A model generated the notes under the pieces. The model saw only the letters and a program-made list of their open reading frames with translations, was not told the DNA's origin and did no database searches. The translations under genes and the position numbers were made by a program. Shown one piece after another: positions 46,401 through 53,268 of a stretch of 64,000 nt of DNA (the first letter of the stretch is position 1; each line of letters begins with the position of its first letter). This DNA comes from a virus (Duplodnaviria; Caudoviricetes). The stretch lies in the IMG/VR virus record IMGVR_UViG_3300016472_000180, positions 1,525 to 65,524 of that record, one strand, 5' to 3'.

Positions 46401-47421
46401 CCTTAAAGCTTAAGAAAAAGCCTTTGAATTTTTCCGTTGTGCTTGGAACATAGTCTGCTACTTGTTGTTGAATGTTTGAGCTATTCATGCGAGACATCAA
46501 CATCATTCTAGCGTGGGTTTCATTTCTAGCCCCACGGAACATGTCTTCTGTTACCCCATAATTCAATAGACCATCTTTTACATATGGGTCGCTTGCAATT
46601 TTGGTGTTAAACCACGCTATGTGATTAAATTTTGGATCAAATTTATCAACAGCAGCAACAATATCATTCATGGATGTGCTGGGTAAACCACCATGGGCAA
46701 CGTCGTAATACAACTTATACTCATCATCACTGATTATACCTAGAAAGTGCATAGTATCAGCTGCATTGTCTGAAACTGATTTTATTAACTCAGGTGTATC
46801 AAAAAGGTTCCTCCATACACCAAGACCCCCAGCTATTGCTTTACCAATAACACCCTGGGATCTATAGAAATTTTCTGCAGACATTTCAATTGGTTTTTGT
46901 TCAAAGCCATTCAATCTGGCTTGAATATATGTAACCACTTCTGATTGCTTTTTGAATGCCTTTAGATTTTCTGGGTCTGTAAGATCAGTCTTGGCCAAAA
47001 TATCTAGTTGTGTTTTTTGGTTTATCAGGTTGGTGTCGTTAATGTCTTCTTCATTAACAATAATCTCGTTAAATGTTGGCAATCCAATCATTTGTCTAAT
47101 TAAAGGTGCTTGACTTGGATCCACACCACCACTAATAAGCGTGTTGTTAACAACCTCATTATTTAATAGAGCCAAGGCTTGTGTTTGTGATCTTACTTGG
47201 GGTTCTGTTAATGGTTGTCTTTTTGGTAAAATATCCCAGTTAGACCGGTCTGAAATACCTGATGGGTCCAGCAATATACCCTCGGTTGAACCTTGGGATG
47301 GTTGCATGTAAGTCGAAGAAAGGTACTTGTTGTAAAACGGTAGTTGTTTTGGTGGCTCGTTTGGTGTTGGATTTAGATTATAGAAATTCTTTTGTTCGTC
47401 GTTAAAGAAAATATTTTCCAT
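34486..47421 (-). CDS. Giant internal virion (ejection) protein, gp16-like position, with polyvalent-protein domains
   Basis: 4311 aa; follows gp14/gp15-like genes; no Cys noticed on reading; HEIGH zincin motif; ART-like motifs. Confidence 0.8.
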   Translation of the reverse strand: MENIFFNDEQKNFYNLNPTPNEPPKQLPFYNKYLSSTYMQPSQGSTEGILLDPSGISDRSNWDILPKRQPLTEPQVRSQTQALALLNNEVVNNTLISGGVDPSQAPLIRQMIGLPTFNEIIVNEEDINDTNLINQKTQLDILAKTDLTDPENLKAFKKQSEVVTYIQARLNGFEQKPIEMSAENFYRSQGVIGKAIAGGLGVWRNLFDTPELIKSVSDNAADTMHFLGIISDDEYKLYYDVAHGGLPSTSMNDIVAAVDKFDPKFNHIAWFNTKIASDPYVKDGLLNYGVTEDMFRGARNETHARMMLMSRMNSSNIQQQVADYVPSTTEKFKGFFLSFKDGMVGSGVDLATEVGVELGISAGISLIPAGVTQAAGAAKAGLGIARFGRRALGFAKWGLTGDLPRVAMQWGVVRRALATATVGAGWGAAQNYMGQQNNIALANALYYYNPEMKSSFDWDEVGNAAVTGAIFGGSLSILGSSVASAFPAFRNARVKRLAKAGILSPEKAMAIMEQHPFAITLNNFKRLTNGTLFRNVDPISGTIHTAVSKGKQPELSDINDASRTAANAVDAAEAVATPKQADKALKPSLDNRGGREELLDFIDRGIRGGTIKSLNDVLDNLSTVGPWSSLTTKQKVHLLEQLNVPAVQKKLQDVLGEIDAPDDVKQSATVLAGKLQLFDETKAKLRATLSVEDLADVDNAVRLNKPLDETITPQSSTRKTVEAIFDSVKNNKKPVTVSETKPEVTPAVTPTPEVTPAAAVTPTAAVTPEKPTINVTQERVDAATAEAKEDMALRTERELNDPKVKKEIEDTIEAMLFGREGKTTLRRILRGSRKARKLSPAQQKRITGVLTNPAAFIEEARGNKEHITAYYKTMQEFVASGRLTEADVRIILAATVNLNWNSGAASIISKLVGGERSMVDPVAGEVTVGEYFGKPGEMNRIKNVLHEIGHVFEMFGHGSSLMNIRNLFSSEADFIVSLRETLDTDQINKYYLGGNTQELMAEAFSVMMIDEVRLAAFINQAPNQGLVRKMLMQKFVSIGQSLMDVLDSLKLSKVLEEEQVFKSVKEMLSLLDKNSGLLISRIVYQDTVMRLLSDREYLTTRELQDKINRELIRIFQPTQDELTLSQKQISYLFTEDEIAALVEYTSSEQVTPIHVDAFLNTKLDGLSLKKNRTEFIDTMSRYLKINKKYFSSVIDIYNQSLVENGYPPIKRSGSETEISPADISQYLDTEKKKDARLQRKTMLSTPDVLMRNFFSYSLGKAAAKLGAPVRALEDLTLIEQLKRASVRGKRLTGLQLIDELTEYLNNFRKNYIGTETAEVYNPETEEMEKIKVPAEKAARREQVLALQEQTLLTPLEISLFDLVAKSPEFNDLIKTIEVTTVKYNPEVHGTNPSNNYLFKPNQDKTGGTLELLEFDSESKNIGSIYTMFKGFAEAAVVLNKQKKLKKIIEKINNNPTTQAEKAFANSQARDPVTGKLVVMGHYTPRRIKRKSGGTYEWNVSLKATLLFPHTDMLGYGVYLTNRESDGETYLVDYSGVSNYNVGEYAYYYYANIENPIIINPIKEGKEPPFVLQDITKKLKKEYMEKFGLKTDQELAMHLDAGPGQWRKHFSKDDARINFRYEDKEWNFPDEFWAEQNEAAELLAGDIPESLLNVLIFKKFGYDGIIVEDMTYRSFPNQVDPKAPEQQLRHYVVFNPSTQLMPIYSNKIIPNDSPRLVQNTAETLGHIDGLLGAPERESDDSTLLLTTTNISSSQFFKVVKSGGDLIAPSMGVVTAEKGSTATFGDITLIGTKSHIDPETGVPVYSGDAYTVTLPEQIQTWLPSKNPQALEKLEKFFKVLKNYSSSTPSRNNLQNLIDKVLNATPPDGGSSPVLKKEDGSYDFLDQPFFIRMLEQHIETYRLYAYISGISISDTDWKTITKKLETKNFSLSNRGAENLLQPYGINTKDFYKWLFLTTSPFFSTQFVDASGKLVDWNDDNLFHYMQGHQQRGIGVFLDDDNLNSQQLASLLISQFSSIEEMRSEAKTRITDTKEHLEDFAKLDATLNALRESSDNYHPITNFDLNFGIGDEAFYERYEASLGKPLPFHQVLLKYGFPKEHSIVRFKTILNEFGYATETVPLEFIENVFKYLDDLKTSKINYFEAKPIKKIPLSSFIAAVLPKKSLTPELEAAFQKVGLRYETYETVLLSSDSKLAAMLQVSPLAAKAHKTNSENRRKAINTVAKAARAYYAPKRESELEADYRKAVASGKIKPRPQATKPAASTKAVEQAEKMLRDITDKTLFDKLTEGLTFSPETRTRDLETVRSKIQYGLNTGDLQIGDNGVIRFSSAYESGIADPITIKQERPESKDPLTPEQEDLLDEVLQNPWQYIKRIQKIIINNFSVDKKYSQNLESHIAEIVGNISTDKGFIFFKKRDGTDVATGKELRLRIAKAAYNKFLDEQKKLTGKSSAGLTASNWRKFIDAENESLEVTDTLFGKRGEKLTSDLTDEAWLANEKKNQSQLFQRFEKEYRKVYSPQTEKFGDETVVTRIDVEEKELPLLEIRKEKANQLVELADLGFEIYGKNKATMNKRKFVVASLAKGLTTDEILEEAAKFKIKLADTKDISDTFSDVVVSSRGIIETAVKKQYGKSIEDVNDKDLMAVLKALIENQKKLQEPKQAVAKPSKQEIIEQVTESIEQQNEVNAIDRAIESTPPEAEPTVPIIKPEETVGPVTVVANRRNKPITPLTPHVKPAVAESAMDGRPRNSKGQFISSGVKTKVEWTTASAAAWHNADGMAGNYFFASLKTIQTILNGVSHPQFTKDNINPLLVFIKQLYKDGKEKEAVSRFLDLMKKLDIKAVRVVDPRTGQTTMKFLFSEYEWSYGGITRAEPAKVAGPKKTVDKPTKAPEAAPEASEEKPIPQPPKKQKAAEAKPRAAKPSVRVTVERGPNNKDIPVIEPLAKPDTTVQPKRPKDTQGSDNRSGTDLPLTTEAEQVMVGLTESNESLRDGGTDAGSFKFLLAKFLKSLDKKARNAMLSGIPDAFKEMFLEFVDINSAIMHRNRARFANNVNIVQDFWKQVTKLLAEEDANKVSLQYYKPKTLKEIYRQAAQNISTETQKFTPPLIPDNVTIKDGKMSLKGVDNELLNFINNRNKEPIIPPTTEAKVARQKQTAQSQVEPMPLVENSKTKELKVDEIPEEEKLTLNTMLDNIMDVFNNSSSMLLRQNNFISFIFGGSERSNRNIWRTFMSKSVNFIQSKTRLGSTTRSMQRSMRLLSAMFDDTKTMVGQLVAPGATPLRSANRAKTEAIMLVSNLAKIHRIFASEITKLKLTNGQVKQLQRLQIEAWQKKVSPTAKEIQELLGIADADDIAAVLNKYREEMIHINKVILDLERKTGWREVVDKNGEDVPADEYLPIQIVVQKLNDILMDNQKYAKLVRSLVETRTQSKLNDDMLDINTLIVMGILDIEDVKTFYTKNRKFVETEATYLDNETLEKLFVTTVTSPTGLDKYFGIKGKKYFTIKKGDVINVYRVPETIEDLSKADLDRYYKTVSGSSEHVLDKWKKEFSGLSLVEVEIRDLLDYKAKRGRHARTIAGTRNDRPDIDTNHYENYQSTIRNFSTAEILGNPELFELARTDLHAAYQNFVRYRVFDLLFQETIDKLAGQTGLRPKQFLMMMEERILRYIDEFDSIKPEDKVFHKQDVYDGMSRLMWQYAEYNGSIPRSGIGSRQTRNAAKSLRGVINMAGGIAYGVAQSPEAVGEFIKSSIRTGGLSIPVGIFRLVSNLLNVLTRGDSHHRFQIDDLATSIEDWHQEHTTHLNEGIADANFDMDLSKPYKAIWETPNISGGISGLVADNLAKLGQTAVLLGGVTDNTNLTRYYAKARHYRKLLKMIRSGKIRKFLELREEPTIRAEMERLLKASERSEKAERQLTKLYKRLAREAGLSEFDAIYAVTSGLDSITNLDAISWGLNHANALDGVIDFRELHLAYRDLGNMTNPPINPEVYQKAIVDFQEGIERRIRKRSVTASYGLNRSMGVLEGSEQGKVLAAITSYMSSFYDDVMLNAPNRGTTNLLIGTLVFYAVLETLIGLFREWASGREIEDMLNELESDPESMIIRVATRLPMVGSFTPLLEAAVRTVHNFTGGTSNPNQLVQSLVSTGIGGSPIVGANSTLSLLRKVIQVPQAMFDDDPSTSPGQKLLAVPGHFINKSPLMIPARIIEERANIDETNALQWILDGIQTQPNPYSSRSRSGRGSRSGIPLGSAPTGSAPRSSTAPGLGKDGMETYTPKEPTNRNYVKEKALQVPIVPPGFKTDIKQESEIDLKGVSPLLTRLLGRSQ

Positions 47422-47430
47422 TGCTTTCCT

Positions 47431-50400
47431 TTATTTACTGCTGGACCAAAGTTCAGCTTCTGCTTTTCTTCGTTTTATCAAGCCATTTAGTTTTTTACCA
47501 CCTGATTTATTATAAAGACTGAGGGCTTGTGGTACTTTGTTGAATGTACTGACCTTGGACAAAGCGGCTGATATTGTTTCAAACCCAGGTTTGTTATAGA
47601 AGTTTTCACCAACATTATATGCAAATGAGATTATGGCTGATTGTTGGTTGGGACTCATTTCTGTCCATGTCGGAATTGTTTTACTCAGGGTTGGGATTAT
47701 TTTGGTGTCAATATAGGCCTGGGCAAACTGGGTGGCTTGTTCTTCTGTGATTGTATCACCCTGTTTAACTTTAGAGCCGTTTGGATACTTGGTTGTACCT
47801 TTACCAATAGTCCAAACCCGACCAGTATTATCCCAATATGCTGTGGTTTTTAACCCCTCATACTCAGAAATAAGTTTCATGTGTGGTTTATCGGATACAG
47901 TTCCTGGGGATACTGGGGTGTTTGTATTGGGTGTATCTGAAAGGAAGCCCAACCTTTTTAGTTCAGAATCAATAATCTTGTTTAATATCTTTTTCTCATC
48001 TGTAGTTAAGTCCATGTTCTTCAGTTTCAGGAACATGGCTTTGGTTTCTTCACTTAGTTTGGGTAAAACAAACTCTTTATCTAAACCCAAATCAACATCT
48101 TCAAATCCAAAAAACTGTTTGACATATCTTACGGTATCATTAGCAGCTATATCTTTAGATAACTTTTCTGGAACAGTTAAGATTTCTCTGAATTTTTCTT
48201 TACTGGCCAATGTCATCCAACCCGTTTCGTTTCGTCGGTACGAGTTTAAATCAAACTTGTCTGGGTCTTTACCAAGATATTGTAAAATAATTCCTTGGTA
48301 TTTTTTTTGCTTACCGTGCTCTTCTATTACTGCATTCAGCCTGTTTGCGTTTTCCTGTTGATAATCAGGAGGAAGATCGCCAAATGCATATTGGGGTGCC
48401 AAATCCACACCACGCATCATACTAACTCCACGCGAATCCAGTTGTTCATTATACCACAACAAATCAAACCTGTTTTCATCTATGGATTCATCTTCTTTAA
48501 AAGCATAAAGATTACCACTGCCTTTTTCGGTATAAAAACTGTAGCCTTGGTCAGCAAGTTCCTTGGCTGCGGTTGGCTCTAATCCATAGGGTGCTAGACC
48601 TTTGTTTACACCCCCATTAAGAATGGATGGGTAACCGGTAAAAATGGGATAGTTTGCTTTGTTGCCAAAATCTGTGAATCCTTCTGTTTGACCCATTGGG
48701 TAACCATGAACAAATTCCTGGTTTGATTCAAATGCTTCTGTTAAGGTAAACATAATAGACAGATAATCTGTGAACTTGGTATAACCAAGCTCTTTACCAA
48801 CAGCCATTGCTTTATTCAGAACATCTCTTGAAAATACTACTGAGTCTTGGTCTACATCTCCATAATCTGCATTTAGTCTGAACAAAGCACTGCGGGTTGG
48901 ATCTTCGTTAAACACAGCATGATCCTTGGCTATCATCTCTTTTATAACACCTTTATTATGCAGTTCTTTGTAGTATGTTATAAAGTCTTGTAGGTTGTTT
49001 ATTTCTTTGTTTGGTATAGGAGCAACGTATTCATTACCAGCAAAGTACGTTTCAAACCCACCCCTTCTGTCTTCTGTTGACCCGAGCCAATCAGTATCAC
49101 GCCAGAACCTAGGGTCTTTAAATGGCGAGTAATTAGCATTACTGGAAGGAAACCCAGAAGAACCACGAATTGTCAGATCTGGGTTTTCTATTCTACCAGT
49201 CTGTTTGCCAGAATACTCAATTTCAATAAGTTTCTTAAGTCTGTTTTGTATTTCTGATTGAACCATATCCCTACCCATAAGGACTGGTGTTTGACTGGTT
49301 CCACGTCTTGGTATATAAACACCGCCGACCAATTGGTTTTTTGAATAAAGATTGTTTAAAAGGTTTTGGGTTTTTCCATTTTTATCTATATATGGAATAT
49401 TAGTAATACCTATTGTAATACCACCACCAGCTTTTGCCATAGTATCTGGATCACCATAGTCTAACCGTAGACCCCAGTGTTGAGCACCGGTAATTGAACC
49501 AAACGCTTTGGCGGCATATTCTACTTGTTGTTCCATACCCAGTGTACCAGGATCTACACCATCTTGCATAATTCCAAGAGCTACCCAAGTTCTTGGGTTT
49601 ATTGCATATGCCATTTGTAATAAAACAGCATCGGTTGGTATGTTTCTTTTAACACGTTGATTTGTTTTTTTTAAATTATCCTTATCATTTCCAAATGTTC
49701 CATCGAAGTTAAATCGTTGTGATTCGTGAACAACATCAAGCATTATATTAGCTAGGTCTGGATTAGAATTAGGAGAAAGTGTTTTAATAAATGAATGTGC
49801 TCCCTCTCTTGTTGTAATACCCGACGCGTCGTTTGAATCAGTTACAAGAATATTAGCAACACCGTTTGAACCTTTACTTAACAGTTCTTTTCTTACTTCT
49901 TCTCTTGCAGCTTCTGGTATTCCACTTGTTATATAATTGTTTTCCTTAGCTACACCAGTATAGTCGCCCACTAATGTTGTTGAGGATGGTGCTACATAAA
50001 ACTTACCATGCTCTGGTACCCAAATCAAACCAGCACTGCTAAGTTCTGGTTTTAAAAAAGATTCTTCTAATGCTGTATTTATTTTATCAATGTTTTTTGA
50101 GTCTTTTAAATCTAGGTTGGCCAGATGTGGTTGTTGATTGACAAACAAGAATGCACGCATCATTATCATCTTTAATTCTGGGTTGTCTTGTATAAGTTGA
50201 GCCATGTTTTTATTTGGCTCTCCTGATGTATCTCTTATAATACCAGACGCAGATGTAACTACATAATCATCAAGCTTACCTTTTCCTGAAAGCATGTCAA
50301 TTACCTTATTATTGACAGTAAACATCACCGCTTGTTCTTGGGGTGAACCACTTTCTGTATAGATATCTGATGTGCTGGTTACTGGTTGTTGTTTGTACCT

Positions 50401-51573
50401 GATGTTAAACAGGTTAATAGCACCTTTTATTTGTTCTGGTGTATATTTGTTAAATTCCCGAAGTGTTGCCATGTTAAACAATGGGCTTCTAGCAGCACTG
50501 TGATAAAGTTGAATTCTTGCTGCCTCTTCTGCACTGATTCCTATTTTACTTGCAAAATGTGCAATGGTTGATGGGTTCAAATTACCAACTAACCGTGCTG
50601 TATACATTTCTTCACTTGGACTTAAGTTCCTAGCAAGTAACTGCTTAACCAGTGTCTCCATCTCCTTATGAATCATGGTGCCGTTTTGCAGATTACTGTG
50701 TTGCATGATGTATGGGAGCGTTGCATTTACTTCGTCCTCAGTAAGCTGCGATATGGGAACATTTAACCTGTATTGTCCGTTTTCTTTCATAAACACGGGG
50801 ACTTGTTTTGTTGTTCCATCTGGTTGTTGAACGGGAATTGTTCTATCAAATATTTGGTTATTCTCGTTTGTATTACCAAATAGCATGGCACCAGCTGCTA
50901 CTGGGTCAAGCGGTAGACTATCTAGCTGATCTTTGGTAATAAATGCTGTTTCACTTTTCTTTTTTACCTCAGCGCTTTGAGATGCAGCTATAGAAGCTAA
51001 ATCAAACTGATACTTGGATTGGTTAAATGCCTGTTCTGTTTCAAGTAAACCCTTCCGTGTTTGGATTGCCAGTGGTTGATACTTGGAACCTATGTTTGTC
51101 ATCAGTGGATTTTTATTATCCGTAAACAAAGCATAGTCACTTTCACCAAGAATTCTTATGGCTTCTTTTTTATAATTACTTTTTAACTTGTCATACTCAG
51201 CATCAATCTGTGCATAAACTTCAGCCGGTGGTTCAGCACCTTGGTATTTATATGGCAATAACTTTGCTTGTGCCTTTATTTCCCAATCTTGGATTGCTGA
51301 TTTTAATTCTATCTCAGTGTTTGCCAACGTAGCTTGTTTGCTGGAGATAACATAGTCTACAGTTTGTTCATACAGTTTTGCTGCGGTTTCTGATGCATCT
51401 ACTCCCAAAGCATTCCAATTAATACCGCTATCTATAGCAAGTTGTGGTGAGATGGGCTGAGGCAGTTCAGTTATTCCTTCTTGGTATTGTATAACAGGGG
51501 TGGCACCAAGCCCAACTGATTCCCTTGGACCTTCTTCAAATATCTCTTGCTTGATAAAGTTAAATTGACTCAT
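47431..51573 (-). CDS. Internal virion protein (gp15-like) with C-terminal GH24 lysozyme domain
   Basis: EYEGLKTTAYWDNTGRVWTIGKGTT...NQQSAIISFAYNVG...GLIKRRKAEAELW. Confidence 0.85.
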   Translation of the reverse strand: MSQFNFIKQEIFEEGPRESVGLGATPVIQYQEGITELPQPISPQLAIDSGINWNALGVDASETAAKLYEQTVDYVISSKQATLANTEIELKSAIQDWEIKAQAKLLPYKYQGAEPPAEVYAQIDAEYDKLKSNYKKEAIRILGESDYALFTDNKNPLMTNIGSKYQPLAIQTRKGLLETEQAFNQSKYQFDLASIAASQSAEVKKKSETAFITKDQLDSLPLDPVAAGAMLFGNTNENNQIFDRTIPVQQPDGTTKQVPVFMKENGQYRLNVPISQLTEDEVNATLPYIMQHSNLQNGTMIHKEMETLVKQLLARNLSPSEEMYTARLVGNLNPSTIAHFASKIGISAEEAARIQLYHSAARSPLFNMATLREFNKYTPEQIKGAINLFNIRYKQQPVTSTSDIYTESGSPQEQAVMFTVNNKVIDMLSGKGKLDDYVVTSASGIIRDTSGEPNKNMAQLIQDNPELKMIMMRAFLFVNQQPHLANLDLKDSKNIDKINTALEESFLKPELSSAGLIWVPEHGKFYVAPSSTTLVGDYTGVAKENNYITSGIPEAAREEVRKELLSKGSNGVANILVTDSNDASGITTREGAHSFIKTLSPNSNPDLANIMLDVVHESQRFNFDGTFGNDKDNLKKTNQRVKRNIPTDAVLLQMAYAINPRTWVALGIMQDGVDPGTLGMEQQVEYAAKAFGSITGAQHWGLRLDYGDPDTMAKAGGGITIGITNIPYIDKNGKTQNLLNNLYSKNQLVGGVYIPRRGTSQTPVLMGRDMVQSEIQNRLKKLIEIEYSGKQTGRIENPDLTIRGSSGFPSSNANYSPFKDPRFWRDTDWLGSTEDRRGGFETYFAGNEYVAPIPNKEINNLQDFITYYKELHNKGVIKEMIAKDHAVFNEDPTRSALFRLNADYGDVDQDSVVFSRDVLNKAMAVGKELGYTKFTDYLSIMFTLTEAFESNQEFVHGYPMGQTEGFTDFGNKANYPIFTGYPSILNGGVNKGLAPYGLEPTAAKELADQGYSFYTEKGSGNLYAFKEDESIDENRFDLLWYNEQLDSRGVSMMRGVDLAPQYAFGDLPPDYQQENANRLNAVIEEHGKQKKYQGIILQYLGKDPDKFDLNSYRRNETGWMTLASKEKFREILTVPEKLSKDIAANDTVRYVKQFFGFEDVDLGLDKEFVLPKLSEETKAMFLKLKNMDLTTDEKKILNKIIDSELKRLGFLSDTPNTNTPVSPGTVSDKPHMKLISEYEGLKTTAYWDNTGRVWTIGKGTTKYPNGSKVKQGDTITEEQATQFAQAYIDTKIIPTLSKTIPTWTEMSPNQQSAIISFAYNVGENFYNKPGFETISAALSKVSTFNKVPQALSLYNKSGGKKLNGLIKRRKAEAELWSSSK

Positions 51574-52616
51574 TCTTTGTTTTCCTGTAGATATGAACCG
51601 TATTTCTCAAGGGTTCTAAAGATTGCTTGTGCCAGATCTTTTTCGGATTTAATTCTACCAGCAGAAATCTCACCCCGAAGACCCAACACCAACTTATCTT
51701 CCATTTTCTTATCGGGCAACATAGCAAAAGCTGTGTTCCATTGATCTGGTTGAAACGAGCCAGACAAAAGATACTCGGCAGCAAGCGTAGAGCTGTCTCG
51801 TTCATCCCGTGATATACGGTTTCGATTGAACGCTAGGTTTCCATCTATCGCTTTCTTGATAATAGTTGGAGCCAAGGATCGAACAACACTTTGCTCCTCT
51901 AGCGAGGGTTCTACAAACCGATCTTCTTTAAAGACTTGCTTACGGTCCTTTAGAAAGTAGGCTGGGATGAACTGATTGGTTTCGCTGAAGACACCGATTC
52001 TGCCTTGTTCTACCTTAGCCAACTCCAGTAAATTCAGTTGCTCCAGTTTAACGGCGTCTGATGTGTGGGTTGTAGATGGAACATCTGGGTCTAACTGGGC
52101 TAACACAGCAAACCTGTTTATACGGAGATCCAAGTCCTTCATGTAGACCTGTTGAGCCTTGGAGTAATTACTGTTAGCTATGGTTGTACTTAGTTCTGCT
52201 AAGATTGGATCTAGCTCAGTCCTAGCCCATTCTGGGACATACTCTAGTCTCTCTTTTAGATAGAACTCCTTATTAACACTACTATCTATAAACTCTAATT
52301 CCCTTTTGGTAATATCAACAAAGTCTCTTTTAGCCCCAACCATTCCTTCGGGGTGCATATCAACATAGGTTTTCCAATACTTGTTCTTAGCCTCATTACT
52401 CAGGGTAGAGATGTCTGTATTGTTCTTCCAGTATTGAAACTTACCCACAGGATCTGTTGGATACATTTGTCCAGCTGTGTTTGCTAGATCAGTTAGTTTG
52501 TTGATTTCATCCTTGGCTATCTTGTTGTCTACTGTTTCTGGGTTTGTGTTGGTCTTTGGAGCCGCTTGTTTGGCTATGGTATTAAGTTCATTGAATAATG
52601 AATTAAAGTTAGACAT
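51570..52616 (-). CDS. Probable internal virion protein
   Basis: 348 aa, helical composition, lies between gp14-like and gp15-like genes. Confidence 0.55.
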   Translation of the reverse strand: MSNFNSLFNELNTIAKQAAPKTNTNPETVDNKIAKDEINKLTDLANTAGQMYPTDPVGKFQYWKNNTDISTLSNEAKNKYWKTYVDMHPEGMVGAKRDFVDITKRELEFIDSSVNKEFYLKERLEYVPEWARTELDPILAELSTTIANSNYSKAQQVYMKDLDLRINRFAVLAQLDPDVPSTTHTSDAVKLEQLNLLELAKVEQGRIGVFSETNQFIPAYFLKDRKQVFKEDRFVEPSLEEQSVVRSLAPTIIKKAIDGNLAFNRNRISRDERDSSTLAAEYLLSGSFQPDQWNTAFAMLPDKKMEDKLVLGLRGEISAGRIKSEKDLAQAIFRTLEKYGSYLQENKE

Positions 52617-52624
52617 ATTATACC

Positions 52625-53263
52625 TTACTTTTTGTATTCTAGTTCTGCTTGGTAACCCGCAGCAACTCCACTAATACCAGCTGCAATCAAACCTGTGGTT
52701 AATGCTGAGGATGATGTATCTGCAATTCCACCAGTTGTTGGCAGGAACACCGCTTGCTCTTGGAAGCTGAATTGGCGTTGACCAAGCTGTTGGCTTTGTC
52801 TCTTTTCGATGTCCTTATAGGCTTGCCTATAGTTTGCCTTTAGGGCAATCATGTTTGCGGTGATGTTTGACATGTTCTGCCTAAGTAATGCTCTGGCGGT
52901 ACCAGAGCTTGATCCAATACTGCGAGAACTGAGAGTCCCAAGAAACTGGGCATTGGTTGCAGATGTTTGCTTACTCAGGGTTCCCTTTTGGTTTTGGAAT
53001 GATTTATCCAAGTACAGTTCTTGTAATGCCCGATCAACATTAGCACCCTTTTCAATCAACAGGTTTCTTTCCAAGTTGGCTTGGAATGCTCGCATCTGGT
53101 TCCGTTGGTTGGCTTCAAACTGCCACTTGTTTCTAAAGTTTGCTTGTTGTTGTTGTAACTCTACTGCTTTGGCTTGAGCACTGGCTTGGGATGATGCTCC
53201 AAAGGCACTGAAGATACCTTGGGCTAAAGCTAACCCACCTAAAACTAAGGCTTCACCTACCAT
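52625..53263 (-). CDS. Internal virion protein B (gp14-like)
   Basis: Gly/Ala-rich ends, Q-rich coiled coil, SIGSSSGTARALL. Confidence 0.75.
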   Translation of the reverse strand: MVGEALVLGGLALAQGIFSAFGASSQASAQAKAVELQQQQANFRNKWQFEANQRNQMRAFQANLERNLLIEKGANVDRALQELYLDKSFQNQKGTLSKQTSATNAQFLGTLSSRSIGSSSGTARALLRQNMSNITANMIALKANYRQAYKDIEKRQSQQLGQRQFSFQEQAVFLPTTGGIADTSSSALTTGLIAAGISGVAAGYQAELEYKK

Positions 53264-53268
53264 TGTAA

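Noticed and set aside
34486-47421. Giant protein as an N4- or crAss-type virion RNA polymerase
   Set aside because: RRIRKRSVTASYG has K-x6-Y rather than the K-x7-Y of motif B and lies in the gp16-like C-terminus. ANFDMD lacks the first Asp of DFDxD. I found no convincing motif A/C set. An HMM search is still worth running.
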